Position numbers and translations under genes: made by a program | IMG/VR virus record: IMGVR_UViG_3300045110_000374 | Location: 1-62,667 of that record | Direction: 5' to 3' (one strand) | DNA: 62,667 nucleotides | Origin: a virus | Taxonomy: Duplodnaviria > Caudoviricetes | The notes under the pieces: generated by a model | The model's database searches: none | The model's input: the letters and a program-made list of their open reading frames with translations, nothing else | What the model was told of the DNA's origin: nothing | Shown: piece by piece, positions 35,038 through 44,668 of the stretch | Numbering within the stretch: the first letter of the stretch is position 1 | Layout: every line of letters begins with the position of its first letter

Positions 35038-35540
35038 GACATTTCCCCTCCGATGACTTGCAAGAGGAGTAATGCCACAAGTAGAATACTAATCCAATGG
35101 AGATCCAACGTGATAGTTGAAGCGGTCGTGAGTTGTGGCGTGATTCCTGAGCCGCAGACAATATTCGGCGTGACCGTACCGCTCCACAAAATCGCTTGCG
35201 CCCCTGTAGGTGGAGTGGCGTTGGACTTGCTGGTCGAGAAGAACGATGCCGTGCCAGCGCCACCCGTTCCGGTCGGGAAGTTAATGGCCGACAGCGGCGA
35301 GACCGAGCCAGCGGTGACCGTCCAGCCGCCACTCGTACGCGCGACATTTATACGCGTATACGACGTGTAAGCGATCTCAGACGTGCTAGCGCTGCCCGCG
35401 TCCCCAGGATCGGCTGTGTGCAGCGCTACGCCGATGTTGGTTTGTGGTGATGCCGCGGCGTTGTCCGCGTAGTTCGACCACGCGGTTGCGTTGAAGATCA
35501 GCAGAAGAATGGCATTCTCTGTGGCATCGGCGATCGACAT
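34911..35540 (-). CDS. Phage tail/structural protein with a likely read-through C-terminal extension
   Basis: VALHTADPG.AG...E.AYTSY.R..V.R...GWTV..FP..T.G core ending ITLD at 35103; AGGAG RBS. Confidence 0.7.
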   Translation of the reverse strand: MSIADATENAILLLIFNATAWSNYADNAAASPQTNIGVALHTADPGDAGSASTSEIAYTSYTRINVARTSGGWTVTAGSVSPLSAINFPTGTGGAGTASFFSTSKSNATPPTGAQAILWSGTVTPNIVCGSGITPQLTTASTITLDLHWISILLVALLLLQVIGGEMSWGNNALILSLMIKLSIIIGTATLFTKQLRRLGSGTRPSIVS

Positions 35541-35557
35541 CAGTTTTCTCCTTGAGG

Positions 35558-35938
35558 TTACGCGACGGCTTTGATTTCCGACTTTGCGTCTGCCTTCGTC
35601 GCTGCTTCGAAAATCTCGGCTACCCGCGGGAGGATGACACTGCCGCCGAATAGCTTGTTGACGCATTTCTTGATCTCGCCGGCTTCATCGAGCGTAATTT
35701 CGACTGGCATCGGATTGGCAATGCGAAGCGCAAGCGAAAATCGCTCAATCTTCTCCTTCTGTGAAAGAGTCGTTTGTTCGTCCGAAAAGGCAGCGCCGAG
35801 CGCCTCCTGACAGGCGGACAACATCGTGAGCTTTTGCTCAGGCTTCGTGACCTTGCCGGTAGGATCGCGCTGCTCAGGACGCCAGACGATAGGCTCGCCG
35901 GAAATATCAAGGATCGGTTTTCGGAAGTCGATCAGCAT
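35558..35938 (-). CDS. Hypothetical protein (tail-fibre assembly-like)
   Basis: GAGGG RBS; EK..RF.LA.RI....E.T.DE...IK motif common beside fibre genes. Confidence 0.65.
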   Translation of the reverse strand: MLIDFRKPILDISGEPIVWRPEQRDPTGKVTKPEQKLTMLSACQEALGAAFSDEQTTLSQKEKIERFSLALRIANPMPVEITLDEAGEIKKCVNKLFGGSVILPRVAEIFEAATKADAKSEIKAVA

Positions 35939-35948
35939 TGTTTGTCCC

Positions 35949-36299
35949 TCAAAGCCCGATCACGCGGAAGTCGCGCGCGGGGAAAAAGTTGGTGGGTGGA
36001 TTGGCCGAAGGCCATGCTGCGAATTGGGCGGTTGCAGTAGGAGTAGGTCCTACGCTTGTCAATGTGATGGATGCCGGTAGGAAAGGAAAGCCGGGAATGT
36101 CCAGCCAGTCGCCGGAAAATCCAACAGCCTGTGTTACATAAGGATTCAAAATTGGCCCGCCTATCAACCCAGGTACCGTCATCTGTATGGGTTGCGTATC
36201 CTGGTTTTGAATGAAGAAGTATTGTGTGCCAATAGGTATGGTTAGGGTAATCGTCCCCCCTACCAAGTTCATCGCTTGTCCGAGAACGGCCGTGGTCAT
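35949..36299 (-). CDS. Hypothetical beta-rich protein
   Basis: GAGG RBS. Confidence 0.6.
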   Translation of the reverse strand: MTTAVLGQAMNLVGGTITLTIPIGTQYFFIQNQDTQPIQMTVPGLIGGPILNPYVTQAVGFSGDWLDIPGFPFLPASITLTSVGPTPTATAQFAAWPSANPPTNFFPARDFRVIGL

Positions 36300-36334
36300 G
36301 TCGTAAAACTACCTCTGTTCCAAATGTCCGACAT

Positions 36335-37672
36335 TTAATTCACCCGCCTCATGTGTCTATTGCTTCTAACAGACTGCGTCCGCCCGCGGTGCTTCACATT
36401 ACGAAAGTTCGTCGTTGGAGATACAAGTCCTAAAATTGATTGTTTTAGAAAGGCCTCTACGGCGACGAATGAAGCGTCGGCCCAGTGCAGTTTATTGGCC
36501 GAAAAATAGACTGGATTATTTGGATCAGCCATCGCAGGTAACGTGGTAATGTCTGCGGTTCGACTAACGCCACTAGAAATATTTGCAACCCTGAGCATAG
36601 AATTTAGGCTGAGCCTTTGGCCTTCCTTACCAGCATCCCACGCAGCATCATTACGAGGTGCAATCGTCATAGCTATCGTTTTGAAGCCTGCTGAACGCAT
36701 TGCAGACAGCCATGTTGTGATGCTTATAAAAGCAGTCGCAGCGCTCGCCCCAGCACCAAGATCATTCGTTCCTGCTTGGCAAATCGCAATATTTTGCTGA
36801 AGCCCCGTATCGAAAAGCGTAGAGAATTCCGATGAAAATGAAGCAAAATCGGAAGCCGCCTGCCCTTCTTTACAATAAGACCTCTGTATGTACGTAGCAC
36901 CTATGTCGTTGTCTAATAATCCGAACATACCAAGACTATTAACTGCATCCGCCCCCTCACCAATGCTGTCGCCTATTACAACAACTTGCCCAAACGTAGG
37001 CCATGGTCTAATACGACTTTGAATATAGGTCTCCAAATTAGAAATTTCCCCAGCCACCATAGGACGCCCTATAATGCCAAACTCGTAGACTTCGCCCTCA
37101 ATAGAAAGCCCATCCTGTCTCCCAAACAAGCGCCCTCCTGTTACTGTTCCAGCAGTGAAAGCCGCTGTCGTAGCTTGTGCACCGTCAAGCCTAAACGTTG
37201 CGCCCGATGAAGTTGAGGAGCAAATTAATAAGCTCAAATCGCTATCCCCGAGTAGCTGTGTCGTTAACACATTCCCACTGCTGATCGCCTCCACTTTATG
37301 AATGTGTGAGTTAGGAGATATTCCAGGTGTGTACTGGTGCATCAGAGTTGTTGAAGTTGGACCAAAAGATGCAATAGGACGTTGATTTCGCAACGGGCAG
37401 CTTCTAGTTCGGAATAGGCACCACCATGCGTGCAATTGTGTGTCGAAAGAAAAAGGTATATCGAACCAACTCATGGCGCTGAGTGTTGGGTTTCGATAAC
37501 AAGCAATACCTGCAATTCCCGTCGTTAAGGCAAACCGGTTCGCTGGTGTTGCCTGTGTAAGATCGTTTCCTTGAGTTGATTGATCTTTCCAGACCGCAGA
37601 TGTGTTCGCACCAAGATCAGCACGATACCAGCCGATCAAATCAGTTGTAAAATCAGCGGGCGACCAGGTCAT
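36335..37672 (-). CDS. SGNH/GDSL hydrolase with N-terminal lectin-like domain (putative virion esterase)
   Basis: IGDSIGEG, GTNDL, NKLH blocks; WYRAD..WKDQS.QGNDLTQ N-terminus; ATGA-coupled to the fibre gene. Confidence 0.8.
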   Translation of the reverse strand: MTWSPADFTTDLIGWYRADLGANTSAVWKDQSTQGNDLTQATPANRFALTTGIAGIACYRNPTLSAMSWFDIPFSFDTQLHAWWCLFRTRSCPLRNQRPIASFGPTSTTLMHQYTPGISPNSHIHKVEAISSGNVLTTQLLGDSDLSLLICSSTSSGATFRLDGAQATTAAFTAGTVTGGRLFGRQDGLSIEGEVYEFGIIGRPMVAGEISNLETYIQSRIRPWPTFGQVVVIGDSIGEGADAVNSLGMFGLLDNDIGATYIQRSYCKEGQAASDFASFSSEFSTLFDTGLQQNIAICQAGTNDLGAGASAATAFISITTWLSAMRSAGFKTIAMTIAPRNDAAWDAGKEGQRLSLNSMLRVANISSGVSRTADITTLPAMADPNNPVYFSANKLHWADASFVAVEAFLKQSILGLVSPTTNFRNVKHRGRTQSVRSNRHMRRVN

Positions 37673-39276
37673 ATGAGAGTAAAAGTCTTCGTTGTTCCAC
37701 CAACGCGAATTTTCACATTCGTACCGTCGTACCAAAAGTCCCCATCGTTTGGTGATGTTGGCGCGGTACTCGACGCGAAATTAACCTGCGCCTTCGCCGT
37801 TGTGCCTGCGGTAATAGCTAATGTTGCAGACGATAGAATCGCTGTTCCAAGCCCAGCACTCAATGCTTGAAAGCTTCCTGCAACAGAAGCCGCTGTACCA
37901 ACACCAAACCCCACAACGCCTGCAGCAATACGCTGCAATCCTGTATCGGGAGCGGTAAACGCTGTGCTGGCATTCCAAGCTATCCCCGAAGCAGCAAGAA
38001 GATTTAAAACCTGAGAGGCACCCCGAAATCCGGTGTTATTCATCTCCGCAGCGTTTGTTAACACTTGGGATGTATTGACTGCCGGGCCGCCCGAAGATTG
38101 AAAAATAGACGCTCTTATAGGAACATATGCGCTATCTCCGAAGTTTCTAACCTCAATATCGGCATTGCCTGAACTCCAATAAAGTTGTACCGCGCCAGAA
38201 AACCCCAGTCCATTAGTCGTCACCGTTAAATTTGCTGTTTCACCAACCGTCGCTGCGTTATCATAAAGGAGACGAGTTGTCGTGCCTCCAGTTATGGCGG
38301 AGGTGTTAATCGTGAGGCCACTTCCAGAACCAGCGGCCTGCCACGATGGCGCAAGCGTCGTTCCGTTACTCGTCAGAACTTGTCCAGCGGTTCCGTTCGC
38401 AAGGCGCGTAGGAACGCCAGAGGCCCCGCCGTATACAATGTCGCCACCCGTTGTCATCGGGTTGACCATCAACGTACCGGATGTGGGCAACGTTACTGCC
38501 GTTGTTCCGGTAACAGTAAGCGTAGTCGCGAAATTTCCTGAGATCGTCATCGTGGAAGCGGCGTTGTTCGCGACACCAGTTCCGCCATTCGCCGGGCCCA
38601 AAATACCGGTGACGCCAGTCGTTAACGGCAATCCCGTGGCATTCGTCAGCGTGATTACAGTAGGCGTATCGAGATTGGCTGCCGTCAGAGTTTTGTTAGT
38701 CAGCGTTTGAGTAGCTGTAAGGCTAACGAGAGTGTCCGTGCCCGCAGGCAAGGTAAGTGTGCCGCCGCCTGTAGCAGGGGCGTTGAGTGTGACCGTTCCA
38801 GAGGTCGAGCCAAGGAGAAGCAACGCGCCGGTGATGAAAGAAAGTGTCGTACCGTTTGAGGTGACGCCGCTCACACCTCCAAAGTTACCCGCGCCCGCAT
38901 TGTACTGTACCTGTGTGGTACTGCCGCCGGGTGTTCCGCCGCCGCCACCGCCGCCGATAGGTACGGTCACGGCATACGAATCGACGCCCACCTGTTCGAC
39001 TTGGAATAGGTAAGTGCTGCTGATTGAGGCGGCGACGGTTGTCGTTAGGCCGTTCAACAGCACCACGCCATCTGACGCGATCGACACGTTACCAGATGAC
39101 GGAGGTTGAACCGTTATGCCGAAGCCGAGCGCGAGCCCTGCGCCGAGCGTAATTGTTAGCGCCGTAGAGCACGTCAGAGTGCGTCCGTTATAGGACGCTT
39201 GGTTCGACGGCGTTATTGAAACATCGCTCGACAAAAGGATCGGCGGTAATGACGGGGCAGTTGCAGCAAGCGGCAT
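37669..39276 (-). CDS. Tail fibre-like protein
   Basis: Thr/Gly-rich; QTLTNKTL, LP..NGGTG, GQVLTSNG..APSW, APTSPNDGDFWYDG fibre motifs. Confidence 0.8.
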   Translation of the reverse strand: MPLAATAPSLPPILLSSDVSITPSNQASYNGRTLTCSTALTITLGAGLALGFGITVQPPSSGNVSIASDGVVLLNGLTTTVAASISSTYLFQVEQVGVDSYAVTVPIGGGGGGGTPGGSTTQVQYNAGAGNFGGVSGVTSNGTTLSFITGALLLLGSTSGTVTLNAPATGGGTLTLPAGTDTLVSLTATQTLTNKTLTAANLDTPTVITLTNATGLPLTTGVTGILGPANGGTGVANNAASTMTISGNFATTLTVTGTTAVTLPTSGTLMVNPMTTGGDIVYGGASGVPTRLANGTAGQVLTSNGTTLAPSWQAAGSGSGLTINTSAITGGTTTRLLYDNAATVGETANLTVTTNGLGFSGAVQLYWSSGNADIEVRNFGDSAYVPIRASIFQSSGGPAVNTSQVLTNAAEMNNTGFRGASQVLNLLAASGIAWNASTAFTAPDTGLQRIAAGVVGFGVGTAASVAGSFQALSAGLGTAILSSATLAITAGTTAKAQVNFASSTAPTSPNDGDFWYDGTNVKIRVGGTTKTFTLI

Positions 39277-39342
39277 GAAGACCCCTCAAAAGAGAAGTGC
39301 GCTTCTGCAATAAACGTACACTACACTTTCTGCAAATGAAGC

Positions 39343-39516
39343 TTACTTGCGCGTGTTGTCGATAATCCATTGATCGTAGAGATCGATCGGGTAATGCACG
39401 CGGCCCTCAACAGTGATGTAGGGAGGCCCTTTACCGTGCAGTCGCCAGAGCCAGAGCGTGTGAACCGTCTTGCCGATTTTCATCGAGAGTTCTTTCGGAG
39501 AGAGGCCGACGCCCAT
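39343..39516 (-). CDS. 57-aa excisionase/AlpA-like HTH protein (below ORF-track cutoff)
   Basis: MGVGLSPKELSMKIGKTVHTLWLWRLHGKGPPYITVEGRVHYPIDLYDQWIIDNTRK. Confidence 0.75.
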   Translation of the reverse strand: MGVGLSPKELSMKIGKTVHTLWLWRLHGKGPPYITVEGRVHYPIDLYDQWIIDNTRK

Positions 39517-39683
39517 TTGGTTTCATACACGGATGGTTACGGTTGTAGTTTTATATAGTCGACCCGTCACCGTAAAGACTTTGCGCCCACCCAACCGTTG
39601 CCCGAAGACTGAGCCGCACCCGCGTGGGTGCCAGGGGTAGGAAAGAGTCCCCCTGCCATTCTTAACCGAAAGGAAAGCTCTCC

Positions 39684-39719
39684 ATGCGTAGGCGTCATCG
39701 GCGCGGTAAGCGCAAGTAA
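39684..39719 (+). CDS. 11-aa basic micropeptide MRRRHRRGKRK
   Basis: GAAAGGA RBS upstream; first ORF of the head operon; followed by hairpins. Confidence 0.55.
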   Translation: MRRRHRRGKRK

Positions 39720-39803
39720 ACACCAACACCTCAAGACGGTGAGGGTTGGGACGCCTTCCCTTCTCTCTCGTCTTTGGGTGCCCAAAGGGGCACGATTTTG
39801 TAA

Positions 39804-40247
39804 ATGGCCATCGGTCCGCAACCCGGAATCCCGCCCACCGCAGGGGCTCCATTACCTCCGGGTTTGGCACCTCCGGGCGCACCTCCGGGTATAGGGGGCG
39901 GCGCCCCACCCAATCTCGGCGGCGTTACGCGACCATCACCAAATCCAGGAAATGCCGTCTCTGGCGTGATGAAGGTCAGAGATGCCGTCAAGCTCTTGCA
40001 GGACGCATTGCCCGCAATGCCGATGGGCTCGCCCCTGCACAGCAAAGTTTTGGGCACGATCAAAACGCTTCTCGAAGCGATGCCCGACGAAGATCCCAAT
40101 ATGGCCGGTCCGCAGATGACCGGCCTCTTGCAACTCATCCGTCAGCAAGCGCAAAACGCGCCCAACAATGTTATTGCGAAACTCTCAGGCGCCCCCCAAG
40201 GTCAACCGCCCGCAATGCCAGAGCCACCGGGCGCCGGGGCACCCTGA
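39804..40247 (+). CDS. Pro/Gly-rich head-module protein
   Basis: Position before scaffold/capsid; helical core L.DALP.MP.GS.LH. Confidence 0.7.
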   Translation: MAIGPQPGIPPTAGAPLPPGLAPPGAPPGIGGGAPPNLGGVTRPSPNPGNAVSGVMKVRDAVKLLQDALPAMPMGSPLHSKVLGTIKTLLEAMPDEDPNMAGPQMTGLLQLIRQQAQNAPNNVIAKLSGAPQGQPPAMPEPPGAGAP

Positions 40248-40810
40248 TGGCGTGGAGGACACAAGAGCGCTGTAACGAATGGCACCGGGAGTACCACAGG
40301 ACGGATAAGTCCCGCGCCTATCAGAAAGCTTGGAAGGCGGCGAACAAAGAGAAGGTCAAAGAGGTCGGACGGCAGTATTACGCAAGGCATCGCGACAGAA
40401 TTCTCGTTGAGGATCGCGCCAAGCGCGCACTCGAATCTGAGAAGCGGAAAAAGGCAAAGTGGGGCGCCGACTATTACCGAAACAAGAGCTTTGATGCCCG
40501 CAAGAAAAGCATCGTCCATCGGGCCAAGCAGAATGCCAAGCAGACGGGGCGTGAATTTTCGATCACGGTAAACGATCTGCAATGGCCTACGCACTGCCCC
40601 GTTCTTGGGATCGAACTCAACTACGGCGCTCCGATCAATGGGAGACGATCGCAAAACTCGCCGTCGATTGATCGGCACGATTCCAGTAAGGGCTACGTTC
40701 CTGGCAACTGTGTTATCATGTCGTGGAGAGCCAACCGCATCAAATGCGATGCGACCACGGAAGAGGTCCATCGGTTGCTGATTTATCTCTGCAAAGAACG
40801 GAGTCACTAA
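40247..40810 (+). CDS. HNH-like endonuclease
   Basis: HCPVLGIEL..SPSIDR.D..KGYV.GN....S..AN..K. Confidence 0.85.
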   Translation: MAWRTQERCNEWHREYHRTDKSRAYQKAWKAANKEKVKEVGRQYYARHRDRILVEDRAKRALESEKRKKAKWGADYYRNKSFDARKKSIVHRAKQNAKQTGREFSITVNDLQWPTHCPVLGIELNYGAPINGRRSQNSPSIDRHDSSKGYVPGNCVIMSWRANRIKCDATTEEVHRLLIYLCKERSH

Positions 40811-40811
40811 G

Positions 40812-40994
40812 ATGCCAGCGAAATCTTTTCCTAAGGCCTATATTTCGAGCTGCAAAGAAGATGACCCCATGATTGAGCGCGTGCCGCTGCCCACCATGGG
40901 AATCGGCGCACGCAACAGCGGCTTGCCGTCGGCGTCAGACGTGAAGCGGGATTCGATGGGTATCAAACACACCGAAGATCAGAATCGGAAGTAG
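40812..40994 (+). CDS. Small hypothetical protein
   Basis: GGAG RBS, in head operon. Confidence 0.6.
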   Translation: MPAKSFPKAYISSCKEDDPMIERVPLPTMGIGARNSGLPSASDVKRDSMGIKHTEDQNRK

Positions 40995-41000
40995 TTGCGC

Positions 41001-41606
41001 ATGAGCGACAAGAAAAACGAACCGGCGCCGGCAAGCGACAAAGTCGAAATGTCCAAAGCGGACTTCACGCTGTTGAAGGCGGCTTACGACACGCTCAACA
41101 CGCTTTGGTCGAACCCCAAGCACGCGCTCACCGTCAAAAAGATGGTCAAAGAGGTTCGCCCCGAGACCAACATCGGTGACGTCGAAGTGCTTGAGACCGT
41201 GACCAAGCCGATCAACGACGAACTCAAGGCGACCAAAGACGAACTCGCCGCGATGAAAAAGTCGATCGAAGACGACAAGAAGAAAGCCAAGGACGATGGC
41301 GACCTGAAAACGATTACCGAGAAGATCGATGCGGTGGTCAAGAAGCGTTCGCTCACCGAAGAAGGCAAAGCCGGCCTTATCAAGGTGATGCAGGATCGTC
41401 AGATTGCCGACCCGGAAGCTGCCGCTCTCGTCTATCTCGACCAGTTGCCAAAGGCCGCGCCGGTCAAGCCCAACAACGCGTTGCCAAGCTATCTCACGCC
41501 GTTCGGCACTTCCGAGGACAAGGACAACGAATACAAGGCGTTTTGGGAAAACCCGCAAAAGGCGGCCGACCATGAAATCACGAAAATCTTAAACGAGGCC
41601 GCTTAA
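41001..41606 (+). CDS. Putative scaffolding protein
   Basis: Charged coiled-coil protein upstream of the major capsid gene. Confidence 0.65.
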   Translation: MSDKKNEPAPASDKVEMSKADFTLLKAAYDTLNTLWSNPKHALTVKKMVKEVRPETNIGDVEVLETVTKPINDELKATKDELAAMKKSIEDDKKKAKDDGDLKTITEKIDAVVKKRSLTEEGKAGLIKVMQDRQIADPEAAALVYLDQLPKAAPVKPNNALPSYLTPFGTSEDKDNEYKAFWENPQKAADHEITKILNEAA

Positions 41607-42365
41607 GAGACCGACATGAGCATCCTTCGCGATCTCGTGAAGTTCGACGCCCGCCTCCCGCGCAAACTGCGGGTACAGGCGAAGGACGTAGATTGCGTGG
41701 GTGACCTTGTCGACGACGCGGGCGCCTTCGCCATGGTGCGTCGAGAACAGTTCAAGGTTCTCAATGCGATTATCGAGTTTGTCACCATTTTTATGGTGCA
41801 CAGTCTCTTCGGTCAGAAGCGGCCTTCCAAGGTGTCGCTGCATCACGTAGCGATGCTCAAGAATGCCATGCTTCTTTCCAGTAACCGCTGTTGGGACCGC
41901 GATCCAGGCGTAACCTCGCTTAATATGCACGGTGTACTCGCCGCGTGCGTATTTCGCCCCGGCGCGCGCAATTTGCCAATCGCCTTTGCAGCGCGCATTG
42001 CAGAACTTTTGTTCTCGGTAGAACAGAAGTTTGCGCTGGCCGCTCTTGTACTGCTTCATCGGCTGGTGTTTCCCGCATTGGATGCAGGTAAAGAAAGCTT
42101 CCGCCGCAGTATCAGCGCGCCGACCTTCCGCAGAGCATGGAATGGAGCAATAGAGCGGGTCCTTTCCGAACTTCATTCTGTACTGCTTCAGCTCGCCAGG
42201 GCTGCGCACAAACGGCTTCTCACAATATTTGCAGGCGAAAGTGGTTCGCTCGACTACGGTGGCGGCAGATCGACAAGCATGACTGCAAAAATGCCGTGTT
42301 TGCAGTTCGCTTCGCTTACGGATCGGAAATTCATTCCCGCACTGCGGGCAAGTCATCGAAAGCAT
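41589..42365 (-). CDS. HNH endonuclease with repeated Cys zinc modules, antisense within the head operon
   Basis: C..C..FCS..C repeats; EHRYVM..HLGRPL..EETVHHKNGDKLDNRIENL. Confidence 0.9.
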   Translation of the reverse strand: MLSMTCPQCGNEFPIRKRSELQTRHFCSHACRSAATVVERTTFACKYCEKPFVRSPGELKQYRMKFGKDPLYCSIPCSAEGRRADTAAEAFFTCIQCGKHQPMKQYKSGQRKLLFYREQKFCNARCKGDWQIARAGAKYARGEYTVHIKRGYAWIAVPTAVTGKKHGILEHRYVMQRHLGRPLLTEETVHHKNGDKLDNRIENLELFSTHHGEGARVVDKVTHAIYVLRLYPQFAREAGVELHEIAKDAHVGLLSGLV

Positions 42366-42440
42366 CTGACATCCTCCTCGTGGTCACTGCATAACTATCA
42401 GTGCATATTCCACAGTGGGATTGCAAGAGGAGCCGATTAA

Positions 42441-43514
42441 ATGGCCGTTTTGTCGCAGAACGCACCAATCAGCGGTGGTATCGTACCTGGTGGCTCAATC
42501 GGTGGTCAACTCGAAGCGATCACACGGAGAGCAATTGTTCCGTCTTTGTTCGTCCAAATTTACCAGTCGCACCCCCTCCTCTCGCTCTTCCTGGCAAACG
42601 CGCAGCGCGCACGTGGTGGTGTCTCTCAGATAACGATTCCGACCCAGGGGGCCAGCTTCGTTGAGTTTGCGTGGGGCTCGTATGCGGGCAACTTCCCAAT
42701 GCCTCAGGACCAAGCGGCCATTTCCAACGCTCAGTTCAATCTCAAGCTTGGAATGTGCCCGATCGGCTTCTTTGGGATGGAAGCGATCATTCAGTCCTCG
42801 GAAGTCATCATCCCGAAGCTTCGGGCGGTGACCTCGGACGCGGCCGTTGTTATCAAGCAGGCGTTCGCGCAAAGTCTGTACTCGAACAACTTTGCCAACA
42901 CCCAAGCGTTGGATTCGCTCTATCAGGCTTACGACTCGGGAACGAACGTTGCGTCTTATGGCGGCATCACACGCACGGGCGTGGGTGCGTTCTGGAAGGG
43001 GCAGCTCTATTCGAACGTCGGTGGCATCGCCAACCGCGCCGGCATGGGCGTCACCATGACCCGCGTTATGGAAGGTGCAGGCGGAGAGTCTCCCGATTAC
43101 GGCGTCATGAACCCGGCCGATTGGGCGACGCTCATGACCGACTTCATGAACTACGAGATGTATCAGTCATCTCCGCGTTCACAGTACGGCAAGGACAGCG
43201 TCCAGAATTCCGGTTTCCGCGCGGTGCGCGTGCTCGATACGCCGATCTTCCCCGATCCGTTTTGCCCACGGGGCGAAATGTATCTGCTGAATTCGCGCTA
43301 CATCGCGCTCTACATGTCCGAGTACGCGCCCTTTGTTTTCTCGGGATTCCAAAGCGCTATCCCGCAAGGGCAGATTGCCGACATTGGCGTGCTCATTTGC
43401 GCGCTTAACCTCGTCTGTGCCAAGCCTTCGTCAGGCGCCCACTTGACCGGCATTTCCGGCGCTTCGTGGACCATCCCGACGGGTGCCCCCACCGTTCAAG
43501 TGCCACAGCCTTAA
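42441..43514 (+). CDS. Major capsid protein
   Basis: 357 aa after scaffold; YGGI.R...FW, D.FCP.GEMYLLNS.Y patterns; GAGGAG RBS. Confidence 0.85.
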   Translation: MAVLSQNAPISGGIVPGGSIGGQLEAITRRAIVPSLFVQIYQSHPLLSLFLANAQRARGGVSQITIPTQGASFVEFAWGSYAGNFPMPQDQAAISNAQFNLKLGMCPIGFFGMEAIIQSSEVIIPKLRAVTSDAAVVIKQAFAQSLYSNNFANTQALDSLYQAYDSGTNVASYGGITRTGVGAFWKGQLYSNVGGIANRAGMGVTMTRVMEGAGGESPDYGVMNPADWATLMTDFMNYEMYQSSPRSQYGKDSVQNSGFRAVRVLDTPIFPDPFCPRGEMYLLNSRYIALYMSEYAPFVFSGFQSAIPQGQIADIGVLICALNLVCAKPSSGAHLTGISGASWTIPTGAPTVQVPQP

Positions 43515-43528
43515 AGGAGCTTTGACCC

Positions 43529-44593
43529 ATGCCTCTCATTTATGGAGCCCAGGGCGTAAATGCCGGCCTTCGCGGTCAGGCAACCAACGTCATCGAACTC
43601 AAGGCTTCCGAGTGCTACGTCCTTCCGGCTGGCTCTTGGGCGGTCGTCAACGGTCTCTACACTGCCGTGCAGCAATACGATCCGGTGACCGGGATCTGGC
43701 GCGCGATCGGCGACGATGGCCGCGGCGAGAAGCACATCACGTCCGACGGCGTGAACTTCCGGGTTGCGAACCAGACCGGTTGCCTCGTTGGCGCCCTCAT
43801 CACCAACGCGGGTACCGGCTACACCTCGGCCCCGACCTGCACCCCGTCGGCTGGTTCGGCAGTGCTCTCCTGCATCGTCGGCGGTGCGGTTGCGACCTCG
43901 GTCACCGTCACGAATGGCGGGACGACGTACGCTTATCCCCCGATCGTCGTGTTTGATGCGCCACCGGCAGGCGGTATCCAGGCCACTGGTTTCTGCGCCA
44001 TCACTGCGGGTGCTGTGTCCTCGGTGACCATCACCGATCAGGGCGCGGGTTACGCTTCGGCCCCCGCCATTTACTTCAAGCCTGACCCCAGAGACACCAC
44101 GGGCTCGGGCGCGGCAGCGACCGCGACGCTTACGGGTGCGGGCACCGTTACGGGCATCCTCGTCACCGATCACGGCAACGCGGTAACGACGCTCCCGACG
44201 TTGGCGTTTAGCGGCGGTGGCGGTGCTTCGGCCGCGGCGACTGCGCTCATGTGCTGGTCGATCACGGCTTACGCGGTTACGACTGCCGGAACCTCCTACA
44301 CCGGTGCTGTGGAAATCACGGCAATCGATGGCTCGCCAACCACAGCGCCCGCCTATGTCAATCCTTCGACGCAGCTCAAACTGGTGCGCAAGCGCAAGGC
44401 GTCGATCATTGGAGCACTTTCTTCAGGCGGCTTCACCGCAACCGGCCAGATCGTCGACGACGGTGGAATTTATGACTCTGCGCCCAACGTCATAATCAAC
44501 ACCTCGCCGATCTCTGTTGTGGGTGCGACACCGGCCGCTTTGACGCTCACGATGGGTGGGAACAACGATAAGTTCGAACTTTACGCAGCCTAA
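43529..44593 (+). CDS. Virion structural/decoration protein with TN.G.GY repeats
   Basis: AAGGAG RBS, follows capsid; ITNAGTGYT, VTNGGTTY, ITDQGAGY repeats. Confidence 0.7.
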   Translation: MPLIYGAQGVNAGLRGQATNVIELKASECYVLPAGSWAVVNGLYTAVQQYDPVTGIWRAIGDDGRGEKHITSDGVNFRVANQTGCLVGALITNAGTGYTSAPTCTPSAGSAVLSCIVGGAVATSVTVTNGGTTYAYPPIVVFDAPPAGGIQATGFCAITAGAVSSVTITDQGAGYASAPAIYFKPDPRDTTGSGAAATATLTGAGTVTGILVTDHGNAVTTLPTLAFSGGGGASAAATALMCWSITAYAVTTAGTSYTGAVEITAIDGSPTTAPAYVNPSTQLKLVRKRKASIIGALSSGGFTATGQIVDDGGIYDSAPNVIINTSPISVVGATPAALTLTMGGNNDKFELYAA

Positions 44594-44622
44594 TTTTTGT
44601 TAGCTTCGGCGTTGCTAGCCTT

Positions 44623-44656
44623 GGGCACCTTGTTCACAACGGGGTGCCCTTTTTTC
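44623..44656 (+). terminator. Rho-independent terminator after the capsid operon
   Basis: GGGCACC..GGTGCCC stem followed by a T run. Confidence 0.85.
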
Positions 44657-44668
44657 TTCAGGTGACCG

